A stretch of DNA of 64,000 nucleotides from an uncultured Actinomycetota bacterium. Lineage in GTDB: Bacteria > Actinomycetota > Actinomycetes > Propionibacteriales > Propionibacteriaceae. The stretch is from positions 45,320-109,319 of the forward strand of contig CAWGEY010000009.1 in assembly GCA_963821695.1 (NCBI GenBank), read 5' to 3'. Both the position numbers and the translations under genes were made by a program. Position 1 is the first letter of the stretch. Each line of letters starts with the position of its first letter. This document shows positions 1 through 9,249 of the stretch, piece after piece. A model generated the notes under the pieces. The model saw nothing but the letters and a program-made list of their open reading frames with translations. It was not told the DNA's origin and made no database searches.

Positions 1-380
1 AACACCTGCCGAACCGGGCCGCGGCCGACAAGGGTCTGAGCGAGGCGGTCCCGGACCCCGTGGTGCGGGGATTTCTGCTGCAGAATCTGCGCCGGGAGGG
101 ATCGGGGTGGCGCTGGCAGATGAATCTCGGCTTGCTCGGCGACCACCTCGCCGACGTGGCCGACTGGCCGCAGGACGCCACGGCCGCTCGATACCGCGGT
201 CCCGTCCTGTGGCTCGCCGGCGCCGAGTCCGACTACATCCGGCCCGAACACGTCCCGGCCATGCGCGCCCTGTTCCCGCGGGTCCAGCTCGTGACCGTGA
301 AGAACAGCGGGCACTGGGTCCATTCCGACCAGCCGGAGGTGTTCGTGCAGGCGATCCGCCGTTTCCTGCATCCTTCGTAA
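1..380 (+). CDS. alpha/beta fold hydrolase (YbfF-like esterase), 3' part; 5' end outside window
   Basis: Open frame from the window edge. C-terminal motifs PVLWLAGAESDYI and GHWVHSDQPE carry the catalytic Asp/His of ABHD11/YbfF-type hydrolases. Confidence 0.85.
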   Translation, partial: HLPNRAAADKGLSEAVPDPVVRGFLLQNLRREGSGWRWQMNLGLLGDHLADVADWPQDATAARYRGPVLWLAGAESDYIRPEHVPAMRALFPRVQLVTVKNSGHWVHSDQPEVFVQAIRRFLHPS

Positions 381-438
381 CGCCCGAGCCGGAAATATCA
401 TCGGGCTCATCTGACCCGCTCGCTCGAGAGGAACCCCC

Positions 439-612
439 TTGATCCCGCTCGACCTGATTCCGCTGGACCTGCTGCCGCTCGACATCCCGGCGGACGCGCC
501 CCGGCCGACCAGTTTCAGCAGTTTCCTGCCGCTGCTGCTGATCGTGTTGGTGGCCCTGATCGTGATGGTCGCCGTGTTGTTCTACGTCCGGCGTCGGCGG
601 GGTAAGCAATGA
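439..612 (+). CDS. 57-aa membrane-anchored peptide (not in ORF track)
   Basis: TTG start preceded by GAGAGGA. Translation MIPLDLIPLDLLPLDIPADAPRPTSFSSFLPLLLIVLVALIVMVAVLFYVRRRRGKQ has one TM helix and a basic tail. Stop overlaps the next start (ATGA, 609-612). Confidence 0.7.
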   Translation: MIPLDLIPLDLLPLDIPADAPRPTSFSSFLPLLLIVLVALIVMVAVLFYVRRRRGKQ

Positions 613-809
613 CCGCCGGGCTGGCCGACACGGCCGTGTGGACGACGGTCGCGCTCATCCTGGGCATCCTTCCGCTCGAGGTCTACCCAACGCGCGGCAA
701 CGGGTTCGCGGCCTCGATCGTGGGCGCCGTGATCGCGCTCGCCGTACTCGTCGTCGTGATGATGTTCATCAGCAGCAAGCCCAAGAACCGCGGGCGCCGA
801 GGGCGCTGA
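609..809 (+). CDS. 66-aa small membrane protein
   Basis: Translationally coupled to 439-612. Hydrophobic segment, ILPLEVYP motif, second TM helix, then basic tail KPKNRGRRGR. Confidence 0.7.
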   Translation: MTAGLADTAVWTTVALILGILPLEVYPTRGNGFAASIVGAVIALAVLVVVMMFISSKPKNRGRRGR

Positions 810-1197
810 GGATCGGTCCCAGGGCGAGCAGGCCGATGAGCAGGGAGACGGCGTTGGCCAGGAGCGCGGCGAGGAATGCCCAAGCCCACTCCTCGGGTGC
901 ATCGCGGCCGCGCTGCCGCCCCACCAGCCCGATGATGGCGCCCTCGACCAGCACGGCGAACGTTTCCGCCAGCAACAGCGGGCCGATTCCGTTGATCATG
1001 GAGGTGAACCCCCAGAGCAACGGATGGGTGACCAGGTTCACGCCGAGCACCAGCAGCAGGGTCCGCCCGACCGTCAGCCCGGAACCCGCGGCGAGCCAGC
1101 CCCGCGATCTGAACGCCAGCAGGTAGACAATCGACTCGATGAGCCAGGTCAGCACGAACGCCGGTACGAACCCGTCGCCGAACCGCAGCACGTCCAT
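769..1197 (-). CDS. uncharacterised ~4-TM membrane protein (alternative in-frame starts 1209, 1221)
   Basis: 3' half of ORF 769..1644. GGAGGT RBS 4 nt before ATG. Hydrophobic helices contain TWLIE, VNLVTHPLLW, AETFAVLVEG and LANAVSLLIG. Confidence 0.7.
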   Translation of the reverse strand: MDVLRFGDGFVPAFVLTWLIESIVYLLAFRSRGWLAAGSGLTVGRTLLLVLGVNLVTHPLLWGFTSMINGIGPLLLAETFAVLVEGAIIGLVGRQRGRDAPEEWAWAFLAALLANAVSLLIGLLALGPILSALGARGSWACC

Positions 1198-2242
1198 CCC
1201 GACCTCCATCCCGACCTCCACGCCGGCTCCCTCCGCTGCTCGGGTTCCGCCCAGTCTGCCGAACACCGGGCTGCTGATCGCGCTCCTGCTGGTCGCCGCC
1301 GCCGCGTCGCTGGCGCTCGCGACCCGGGTCCCGCTGGCCACCACCGTGATCGGCCTCATCGTCTTCGGCGTGCTGCACAACGTGCTGGAGATCCGGTACG
1401 TGGCCGGGCGGTTCGGCAGCCTGCTGACCGGGCGGTTCCTCGCCCTGCTGCTCACCTTGATCACCGGCATCGTGTTGTGCCGGGCCGCCGCCGGGCTCTG
1501 GCCGGGCCCGGGCCGCACTGCGGAGGTGGTCCTCGGCTTCGTCATCCTCGGCGTCGGGTGCTGGATCGGACTGCACCGACTGCACCACGGCTGGCTGGTG
1601 CTGGCCTGGGCCTTGCTGGCCCTCGCCGGCACGGCGGCGGTCACGATGCCCGGCTACTACTTCGTGATCTTGACCCATCTGCACAATCTGGTGCCGTTGA
1701 TCTTCTTGTGGGAGTGGGCCACCCGGCTGCCCGCGCTCGGCGATCGCTGGGTGTTCCGCGCGGTCCAGGTGCTCTGGATCGTGCTGCTGCCGCTGCTGAT
1801 CCTGGCCGGGGTGTTCGACGCGTGGATCAGCGCGGACCCGGGGGTGGCCGCGCTCTTCGTCGGCGACGGCAGCCGGATCGTCGGTGCCACCGCACCTCCG
1901 GATGTCTGGGCCCAACTCGGGCTGCGGTTCCTGGTGATGTTCGCCTTCATGCAGACCATGCACTACGTGGTCTGGGTCGCGTTCCTGCCCCGCTTCGCGC
2001 CCGACGCGATCGCGGCCTTCGACTCCCGGGTGCCGTGGCTCCGGGGTGGTCGCGCCTGGATCCTCGGGCTGGCCGCCGGCGGCCTGCTGGCGGTCATCTT
2101 TTTCACAGACTACTTCCAGGGCCGGGCGTTGTACGGGGCCCTGGCCAGCTACCACGCGTACCTGGAGTTCCCGGTGCTGCTCGCCCTGCTGCTGGCGGGT
2201 GGCCGGGCGCTGGTCTCCACCTCGGCGGATCGGCCGGATTAA
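1139..2242 (+). CDS. polytopic membrane protein with four His clusters
   Basis: About 9-10 hydrophobic helices with motifs FGVLHNVLE, THLHNL, QTMHYVVW and SYHAYLEFP. GACAAT -10-like hexamer 7 nt before the ATG. Confidence 0.75.
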   Translation: MSQVSTNAGTNPSPNRSTSIPTSIPTSTPAPSAARVPPSLPNTGLLIALLLVAAAASLALATRVPLATTVIGLIVFGVLHNVLEIRYVAGRFGSLLTGRFLALLLTLITGIVLCRAAAGLWPGPGRTAEVVLGFVILGVGCWIGLHRLHHGWLVLAWALLALAGTAAVTMPGYYFVILTHLHNLVPLIFLWEWATRLPALGDRWVFRAVQVLWIVLLPLLILAGVFDAWISADPGVAALFVGDGSRIVGATAPPDVWAQLGLRFLVMFAFMQTMHYVVWVAFLPRFAPDAIAAFDSRVPWLRGGRAWILGLAAGGLLAVIFFTDYFQGRALYGALASYHAYLEFPVLLALLLAGGRALVSTSADRPD

Positions 2243-2252
2243 GGTCGAGCAC

Positions 2253-3026
2253 ATGGCCTTGATCAGCTGCGACTTCTTCTCCGATGTCCTCCAGGTCGGA
2301 ACGTCGATGACCGTGGTGCTGCCTCAGGTGACCGAGAGTCAGATCGGCGTCGAAGCCGCGGCCCGGCGGACCGACTTCCCGGTGCTCTATCTGCTGCACG
2401 GACTCTCCGACGACCACACCGCGTGGCTGCGCTACACCAGCATCGAGCGGTACGCCGCGGCCGCCGGACTGGCCGTGGTCATGCCCGCCGTACACCGCAG
2501 CTTCTACGCCGACGAGGCGCACGGGCACCCGTACTGGACCTTCGTATCGGAAGAACTGCCACGCATCGTCGCGGAGTTCTTCCGGGTTTCCACCGAGCCG
2601 GCCGACAGCTTCGTGGCCGGCCTCTCCATGGGCGGCTACGGCGCCCTCAAGCACGCGCTCAGCCATCCCGAGCGGTACGCGGCGGCGGCCTCGCTCTCCG
2701 GCGTGGTCGACCTCCGCGCGCTCAGCGGTCCGCTGCAACGCACGGAGCTGGTCGAGCGCGTCTTCGCCGGACGAATCGGTACAGGCGATGACCTGTTCGC
2801 GCTGCTGGCGGCCGCGGAACCCGGCTCGATCCCGCCGCTCTACCTTGGTTGCGGCACCGAGGAGGACCTACTGCTGCCGGGAATCGAGAGCTTCGCGGAG
2901 GCAGCCCGGGCCAAGGGTGTCGACGTCACCACCGACTTCCGACCCGGGGTCCACGAATGGGGTCTCTGGGACCGCCAGATCGCCGACGTGATCGGCTGGC
3001 TGAAATCACCCGACCGACCGGACTGA
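2253..3026 (+). CDS. esterase family alpha/beta hydrolase (tributyrin esterase / FrmB-like)
   Basis: LYLLHGLSDD, nucleophile elbow GLSMGG, PGVHEW. TAAGGT -10 at 2240-2245. Confidence 0.9.
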   Translation: MALISCDFFSDVLQVGTSMTVVLPQVTESQIGVEAAARRTDFPVLYLLHGLSDDHTAWLRYTSIERYAAAAGLAVVMPAVHRSFYADEAHGHPYWTFVSEELPRIVAEFFRVSTEPADSFVAGLSMGGYGALKHALSHPERYAAAASLSGVVDLRALSGPLQRTELVERVFAGRIGTGDDLFALLAAAEPGSIPPLYLGCGTEEDLLLPGIESFAEAARAKGVDVTTDFRPGVHEWGLWDRQIADVIGWLKSPDRPD

Positions 3027-3056
3027 GGGGCACGTCGGCGAGCGCGAGCAGACAGC

Positions 3057-3857
3057 TCAGCCAGATACCGTGACCGAGATGATCTCGGAGGGGTTGTTCG
3101 GGCGGCCGCCACCGTTGGCGTTCTTGCCGTCCTGCCCCTCGTACGCCATGGTCCCGATCACCCGGCGGGAGGCGTCATCCATCGTGCCGAACACGGTGTA
3201 CTTGGGGTCGAGCTGGGAATCGTCGTAGACGTAGAAGAACTGCGAACCGTTGGTGTTGGGGCCACCGTTGGCCATCGCGACGACGCCGGCGGGGTACTTC
3301 TCCGTACCGTCGAGTTCATCCGGGAACGAGTAGCCGGGACCGCCCGTGCCGCTGCCGGTCGGGTCGCCGCACTGCAGGATGAAAATGGCCGAGTCCACCA
3401 GCCGATGGCATTTGGTCTTGTCGTAGAACTTCTGCTTCGCCAGCGAAATGAACGAGTTGACCGTGCAGGGTGCGGCGTTGCGGTCTATCGTCACCTTGAC
3501 CGTGCCACCCGTCATCCGGATCGTCGCCGTCACCTCGCCGCTGTTGGGCACGCCGGTGGCGGGCGGCGGCGTGACCGGCTTGGCCGGGGTGCCGGTCGAG
3601 ACGTACTCGCAGTCGGTCGTGCCCGGAGCCTCGGAGTCCTCGGGCGCGGGCTCGATGGTGGACGCGGTCGGCGAGCCGCCCGCGCCGCTGGGGGACGGAC
3701 TGACCACCGCTCCGGTCGGTGCAGCCGAGGGCGACGGACCGGTCGATAGCCCCTCGGGCACCCGCCCGCAACCGGCTGCGAGCAGCACGATCACGACCAG
3801 AGCCGGCGCCAGCCACCGCAGCGTCCGGCGCGGCGATCGGAGCAGGGGGGCGTCCAC
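3057..3857 (-). CDS. cyclophilin-type peptidyl-prolyl isomerase, lipoprotein
   Basis: Lipobox LAAGC. Cyclophilin motifs CHRL, QCGDPTGSGTGGPGY and AMAN..PNTNGSQFF. Confidence 0.92.
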   Translation of the reverse strand: MDAPLLRSPRRTLRWLAPALVVIVLLAAGCGRVPEGLSTGPSPSAAPTGAVVSPSPSGAGGSPTASTIEPAPEDSEAPGTTDCEYVSTGTPAKPVTPPPATGVPNSGEVTATIRMTGGTVKVTIDRNAAPCTVNSFISLAKQKFYDKTKCHRLVDSAIFILQCGDPTGSGTGGPGYSFPDELDGTEKYPAGVVAMANGGPNTNGSQFFYVYDDSQLDPKYTVFGTMDDASRRVIGTMAYEGQDGKNANGGGRPNNPSEIISVTVSG

Positions 3858-3934
3858 TCCCCAACCCTGCCATCGAAGCGACGCCGATCCCGCCCCCGAC
3901 GCGCCGGACGGGTGCGGATGGGTACGGTTTGGAC

Positions 3935-4588
3935 GTGGTCCACCTCACCCGTATCTACACCCGTACCGGTGACGGCGGCCGGACCCGGCTCGCGGACATG
4001 TCCGAGACCGCCAAGACCGACCCACGGGTGGCGGCGTACGGCGATGTGGACGAGGCGAACTCCCTGATCGGCGTCGCGCTCGCCACTGCCGAACTCCCCA
4101 GCGACCTCGCCGAGTTGCTGCGGCTCATCCAGAACGAACTGTTCGACCTGGGCGCCGACCTGGCCACTCCGGTGGTCGCGAACCCGCAGCACGAGCCGCT
4201 GCGGATCACCGAGGAGTACGTGAACCGGCTGGAGGCGGCTTGTGACCGCTACGGCGATCCGCTGCCGGATCTGCGTTCGTTCATCCTGCCGGGAGGGTCG
4301 CTGGCTGCCGCCCAACTGCACGTGGCCCGGACCGTTGTCCGGCGGGCCGAACGCGTCGGCTGGCGAGCCGTCGAGATCTACGGCACCGCCCCGGAAAATG
4401 ATGGGCCCGCTCACGACGATCACCAGGGCGGGGTCAATCCGCTCGCCTTGCAGTACCTGAACCGGCTGTCCGACCTGCTGTTCATCCTCACCCGCGTCGT
4501 CAACACCCCGACCGGGGACATCCTCTGGCAGCCGGGCGGCGAACGGGGCCATCCGGCTGCCGATGCCGATTCCGCTCCTGACGACTGA
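3935..4588 (+). CDS. cob(I)yrinic acid a,c-diamide adenosyltransferase (PduO type)
   Basis: LTRIYTRTGDGG, YGDVDEANS, RTVVRRAER, YLNRLSDLLF. TACGGT -10 lies 6 nt upstream of the GTG. Confidence 0.93.
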   Translation: MVHLTRIYTRTGDGGRTRLADMSETAKTDPRVAAYGDVDEANSLIGVALATAELPSDLAELLRLIQNELFDLGADLATPVVANPQHEPLRITEEYVNRLEAACDRYGDPLPDLRSFILPGGSLAAAQLHVARTVVRRAERVGWRAVEIYGTAPENDGPAHDDHQGGVNPLALQYLNRLSDLLFILTRVVNTPTGDILWQPGGERGHPAADADSAPDD

Positions 4589-4612
4589 CCACCGACCCAG
4601 GAGGCTCCGCGC

Positions 4613-5686
4613 GTGACCGATGCAGCCCAGCCGACCACCCCGTTGAGGGAAGCCACGGGCAGCAAGACCGCGGCGCAGCCCCGACCGGTGACGCTGTTCA
4701 CCGGCCAGTGGGCTGACCTACCGTTCGAGGAGATGTGTCGGCTGGCGTCGGAGTGGGGCTACGACGGGCTCGAGATCGCCTGCTGGGGTGATCATTTCGA
4801 CGTGGCCCGCGCGGCCGAGGACGACGCGTACGTGCAGAACCGCCGCGACATTCTCGAGTCCCACGGTCTCGGCTGCTGGGCCATCTCCAATCACCTCAAC
4901 GGCCAGGCGGTCTGCGAGGCGATCATCGACGAGCGCTACCAGAAGATGGTCCATCCGCGGGTCTGGGGCGACGGTGATCCCGAAGGGGTGCGGTCTCGGG
5001 CGGCCGAGGAGATGAAGACCACCGCCCGGGCGGCGGCGGCGTTCGGGGTGGAGACCGTGATCGGTTTCACGGGCTCGGCGATCTGGCACTACCTGGCGAT
5101 GTTCCCGCCGGTCTCCGACGAGGTCATCCAGGCCGGCTACCGCGACTTCGCCGACCGCTGGCATCCGATCATCGACGTCTTCGACGAGGTCGGTGTCCGG
5201 TTCGCCCACGAGGTGCACCCGAGCGAGATCGCGTACGACTACTGGAGCACCAAGGCCACCCTGGACGCCATCGGCCACCGACCCGGCTTCGGCCTCAACT
5301 ACGACCCGTCGCACATGGTCTGGCAGGGCCTGGACTACGTCGGTTTCCTCTGGGATTTCGCCGACCGGATCTACCACGTGGACTGCAAGGACACGAAGCT
5401 GCGGATGGGCAACGGCCGCAACGGGATCCTGTCCAGTCACCTGCCGTGGGCCGATCCGCGGCGCGGTTGGGACTTCATCTCCACCGGGCACGGGGACACC
5501 CGCTGGGAGGACATCTTCCGGATGCTCAACCACATCGGCTACGACCGGCCCATCTCCATCGAATGGGAGGATGCCGGCATGGACCGGCTCGACGGCGCCC
5601 CCGAGGCCCTGGAGTTCATCCGCACTCTGAACGCCATCACCCCGCCTGCCGCCGCCTTCGACGCGGCGTTTGCGACCAAGGAATAG
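4613..5686 (+). CDS. sugar phosphate isomerase/epimerase (AP endonuclease 2 TIM barrel family)
   Basis: [47 protein letters not shown] metal-site motifs. Confidence 0.88.
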   Translation: MTDAAQPTTPLREATGSKTAAQPRPVTLFTGQWADLPFEEMCRLASEWGYDGLEIACWGDHFDVARAAEDDAYVQNRRDILESHGLGCWAISNHLNGQAVCEAIIDERYQKMVHPRVWGDGDPEGVRSRAAEEMKTTARAAAAFGVETVIGFTGSAIWHYLAMFPPVSDEVIQAGYRDFADRWHPIIDVFDEVGVRFAHEVHPSEIAYDYWSTKATLDAIGHRPGFGLNYDPSHMVWQGLDYVGFLWDFADRIYHVDCKDTKLRMGNGRNGILSSHLPWADPRRGWDFISTGHGDTRWEDIFRMLNHIGYDRPISIEWEDAGMDRLDGAPEALEFIRTLNAITPPAAAFDAAFATKE

Positions 5687-5697
5687 AGGCTCCGACC

Positions 5698-6978
5698 ATG
5701 ACCGAGATGACCGAAAGTCCTGTAGTCGTGCCCAGTGAGGTCCCCACCCACTGGTACAACCTGGCCGCCGATCTGCCCGAACCCACGCCCCCGGCCCTGC
5801 ACCCCGGCACCAGGGAACCGCTCGGCCCGGACGACCTGGCGCCGCTGTTCCCGATGGCGTTGATCATGCAGGAGGTCAGCACCGAGCGCTGGATCGAGAT
5901 TCCGGAGCAGGTGCGCGACATCTATCGGCTCTGGCGGCCCTCGCCGCTGATCCGGGCCCGCCGGCTCGAGCAGGCGCTCGCGACGCCGGCGAAGATCTTC
6001 TACAAGTACGAGGGCGTTTCCCCGGCGGGTTCGCACAAGCCGAACACCGCGGTCGCCCAGGCGTACTACAACAAGGCCGAGGGTGTCTCCAAGCTGACCA
6101 CCGAAACCGGCGCCGGCCAGTGGGGTGCTTCGCTGGCGATGGCGTGCGCGCTGCTCGGGCTGGAGTGTGAGGTCTGGCAGGTGCGGGCGAGCTACGACGC
6201 GAAGCCGTACCGGCGGATGCAGATGGAGGTGTACGGGGCTGTCTGCCACCCGTCGCCGTCGGATCTGACCAACGCGGGGCGGGCCATGCTCGAGGCGGAT
6301 CCGGACACCCCCGGCTCATTGGGCATGGCGATCTCGGAGGCGGTCGAGGCGGCGGCCACCAACCCGGACGCGCACTACTCCCTGGGCAGTGTGCTCAACC
6401 ACGTGCTGCTGCACCAGAGCGTGATCGGACTCGAGGCGCTGGCTCAGTTGGACGAGTTGGACGAGAGCGCCGACGTCATCTTCGGCTGCGCCGGCGGCGG
6501 CTCCAACCTGGCCGGGCTGTCGTTCCCGTTCCTGGGCCGGAACCTGCGCGAGGGCACAGCGACCCAGGTCGTAGCCTGCGAGCCATCGGCGTGCCCGTCG
6601 CTCACTCAGGGCGAGTACCGGTACGACTTCGGCGACGTCGCCGGGCTGACCCCGCTGCTCAAGATGCACACCCTCGGCAACGACTTCGTGCCGCCGCCGA
6701 TCCACGCGGGTGGGCTGCGGTACCACGGGATGGCGCCGATGGTGTCGCACGCGGTCGAGCTGGGGCTGATGAGCGCGATCGCCGTCGACCAGGCGGACGC
6801 CTTCAAAGCCGGCGTGGAGTTCGCCCGGGCCGAAGGCATCATCCCCGCCCCGGAATCGACCCACGCCGTGGCCGGCACCATCGCCCGGGCCCGGGCCGCC
6901 ACCTCGGAGGAGACCATCCTGCTCGGCCTGTCCGGCAACGGCGTCCTGGACCTTCCGGCGTACCACGAGTTCGTCTGA
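5698..6978 (+). CDS. trpB2: TrpB2-type tryptophan synthase beta-like PLP enzyme
   Basis: [15 protein letters not shown] (PLP Lys), [28 protein letters not shown]. No adjacent trpA. Confidence 0.9.
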   Translation: MTEMTESPVVVPSEVPTHWYNLAADLPEPTPPALHPGTREPLGPDDLAPLFPMALIMQEVSTERWIEIPEQVRDIYRLWRPSPLIRARRLEQALATPAKIFYKYEGVSPAGSHKPNTAVAQAYYNKAEGVSKLTTETGAGQWGASLAMACALLGLECEVWQVRASYDAKPYRRMQMEVYGAVCHPSPSDLTNAGRAMLEADPDTPGSLGMAISEAVEAAATNPDAHYSLGSVLNHVLLHQSVIGLEALAQLDELDESADVIFGCAGGGSNLAGLSFPFLGRNLREGTATQVVACEPSACPSLTQGEYRYDFGDVAGLTPLLKMHTLGNDFVPPPIHAGGLRYHGMAPMVSHAVELGLMSAIAVDQADAFKAGVEFARAEGIIPAPESTHAVAGTIARARAATSEETILLGLSGNGVLDLPAYHEFV

Positions 6979-7034
6979 CCCACCGCCCGGCCAGGTCCCC
7001 GAGCCAACTTCAGGGCGTCGCCGGGCCGGCGACC

Positions 7035-7950
7035 TCAGGCAGCCCGTCGGCCCCGGGAGAACGCTCGAAGGAGGCGAGCCTTCAAGGCATCCGGCCGGAA
7101 CAGGTCCGCGTAGATCCAGCGTGCCATCTGGCTGCCCTCGTCACGGATGGCGTCTTCCCGGACCTTTTCCTCGACGAGTACGTCTTCAATCGACTGACCC
7201 GGCTGCAACACCCGGCCGTACTTCACCTTGCCGTCGAACTCGCCGACCGTTCCGTACTCTTCCCAGTCGAAGTCGCAACGCCCGATCAGGCGCCCGGATG
7301 AATTGCGCACCTCGACCTGAAGCTCCGGTGCCGGGATGCCGATCTGGTGGAGAACGACCCGGCTCTCCGACTCACCCGGCGACTCGCTGCGCGGGTCGAG
7401 GAACGGGATTGCCCGCCGCGCCCGACCGATGCCGTGCCGACCGCGGGCGCGCTCGAGCGCTTCGTCGAGTTCGCCGCGTGTGAGCCCCTTCCGAAGGGCT
7501 GCATCGCCGATCGCCACTGCCTTCCTCATGGTCAGTGCGCAGCACAGATCTAGCACCGTACGAGCCAGGCTGGTGACCAGGAAGCCATCGATCATGACCA
7601 CCTCTCCCCTGGCGATCGGAATGCTGCGGATCTGTGAGTACCGGCGTTGTTTGAGGCCGCCCGCGCGGTCGCGGGTGAGCTGGACCCGGTCAAGTAGGTC
7701 CAGCCAGAGCGGCAGCCCGTGGACCGCCGCGGCCGTCATCCCGCTGGCGATCGGCCTCCGACGACGATTGGCGCAGCGTTGCCTCCAGGAGTTCCAGATG
7801 CGCGATCCGGGCTTCGGGCTCTTCGCTGACCGGGTCCGCGTACGCGCCGCGGCGCAGGTGACGCAGTTCGCCGGTCCTGGCCAATCGGCCGAGCTCGCCG
7901 GACTCGAACCCGCTGCTGCGCAGCTCTCGGGTGAGTCTGATCCGGTCCAC
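7035..7950 (-). CDS. AbiEi-type N-terminal HTH plus C-terminal PD-(D/E)xK (DUF559/Vsr-like) protein; frameshift near 7755
   Basis: N-terminus ..ELGRLARTGELRHLRRGAY.. in frame 7690..8109. It continues as TAAAVHGLP, VTSLARTVLDL, SESPGES, RCDF..GEFDGKVKY, EKVRED in frame 7035..8051. Confidence 0.8.
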
Positions 7951-8003
7951 GGAAGTAACTCGACCACGCCCCGGTTTGCCTCCAAAAGGGTCGGCGACGA
8001 ATC

Positions 8004-8012
8004 TGTGGATAA
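8004..8012 (-). promoter_or_regulatory. perfect DnaA-box sequence TTATCCACA upstream of the AbiEi-like gene
   Basis: TGTGGATAA on the + strand, about 54 nt upstream of the GTG at 7950. Single copy; function unknown. Confidence 0.4.
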
Positions 8013-8054
8013 CCGCACGACCCGCCACAACCGCAGTCCTTCCCACCCCACACC

Positions 8055-8122
8055 AGTTCGGCCCCTTTTGAGCGGCTCGGCCCCCCTGCAGCGGGGCCGA
8101 GGACCTCAAAAGGGGCCGGAGT
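8055..8122. repeat. nested palindromic (REP-like) element
   Basis: Outer arms CGGCCCCTTTTGAG (8059-8072) and CTCAAAAGGGGCCG (8105-8118). Inner arms CTCGGCCCC (8076-8084) and GGGGCCGAG (8093-8101). Confidence 0.8.
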
Positions 8123-8142
8123 TCACAGGCGAGCGATCAGGC

Positions 8143-9141
8143 TCAGGGGGTGACTCTCTTCTCCAGCTTCAGGATGCCCGCGTCGACCAGATGGCGGAAG
8201 TTCCACTCGTCGGGCTGCTCGGTGCGATAGCTCCAGAAGCACCAGCCGTACGCCTCGGCGTAACCTTCGAGTTGAGCTTCAACGTACGCCCGGCGGGCGT
8301 CATCGCCGCGCCCGTCGTACGCCCTGTCGTACAGCGCCGCACTCCACTCACCCACCAGCACCGGATGAGCCCGCGTCAGCCAGCGGATCAGTCGGGACCG
8401 GCGCCGCGCCCGCTTCAGCTGGTCCTCGTACGACAGCCGCACGTCCCAGGGGAAAAAGCACTGGTACAGGTGCGTGTCCATCACCACGGGGCAATCGGTG
8501 CGCCCGCGGACCGTACCTCGGAAGAGCCATGGCAGGTAGCCGTCGGAAAACACCAAGTGGGTCCCGGGCCGGACGAGCTCGGCCAGCCGCTGATAGGCGG
8601 TGCGGTGGAAGTTCCAGAGTTGCCACACCCGCCAGTCGGTCGGCTCGTTGACCAGCTCGATCCCCCACAGGGCCGGATGGTCGCGATAGCGCTTCGCCAG
8701 TTCCTCCAACGCGTGGTAGGTGTGGTCGCGGTGCTCGCGTTCCAGGTACCACTGCCGCGGTCCGACCTTGCCGCTGTGGTCGCGGCCGTTCTGCGAACCC
8801 GAGGCGGCGTGCAGATCCAGCAGCACCTTCAGCCCGTACCGGTCGGCGGAGTCCATCGCGGCGTCCAGGATGTCCGCCGCCGCGGCGTACGGCGGATCGG
8901 GATGCAACACCCAGTGCCCCACCGGCAGGCGGATCAGATCAAGCCCTTGCTCCCCCATCCAGGCGAAGTCGTCGTCGGTGATGAACGTCTCGTGGTGGCG
9001 GCGCAGTTTGGCGGCCGCGCCGGGGGTGGTCATGAACGTGTACTCGTCGCGCGCGTCGGTTCCGGCGAACAGCGACGGCGTCATCCACGGTTCGAGAACC
9101 AGCCACCCCCCGAGGTTCACTCCACGCAGCGGCTCCGGCAT
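8143..9141 (-). CDS. glycoside hydrolase family 5 (exo-1,3-beta-glucanase-like), no signal peptide
   Basis: LRGVNLGGWLVLEPW, DLHAASGSQN, acid/base LVNEP, nucleophile VGEWS, GWCFWSY. Confidence 0.9.
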   Translation of the reverse strand: MPEPLRGVNLGGWLVLEPWMTPSLFAGTDARDEYTFMTTPGAAAKLRRHHETFITDDDFAWMGEQGLDLIRLPVGHWVLHPDPPYAAAADILDAAMDSADRYGLKVLLDLHAASGSQNGRDHSGKVGPRQWYLEREHRDHTYHALEELAKRYRDHPALWGIELVNEPTDWRVWQLWNFHRTAYQRLAELVRPGTHLVFSDGYLPWLFRGTVRGRTDCPVVMDTHLYQCFFPWDVRLSYEDQLKRARRRSRLIRWLTRAHPVLVGEWSAALYDRAYDGRGDDARRAYVEAQLEGYAEAYGWCFWSYRTEQPDEWNFRHLVDAGILKLEKRVTP

Positions 9142-9249
9142 CCGCTCAGTATGTCAGCGCCCGAGCGAGCGGAGGAATCCGCGGCCGGCGTCAAGAGCGG
9201 ACCCGAAGCGAGCGGTCAAGCCGCGGACCAACACCGTAAGCTCACCGAT

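Noticed and set aside
7035-7950. Complete type IV toxin-antitoxin (AbiE) system
   Set aside because: No adjacent AbiEii nucleotidyltransferase gene; the downstream neighbour is the convergent trpB2.
8004-8012. Replication origin
   Set aside because: Only one DnaA box was seen, with no cluster, AT-rich unwinding element or dnaA/dnaN genes.
7336-9249. 894-aa ORF 7336..10020 as a single protein
   Set aside because: The first ~640 codons are antisense shadow of the AbiEi-like and GH5 genes. Only the part from ATG 9250 looks like a real protein.
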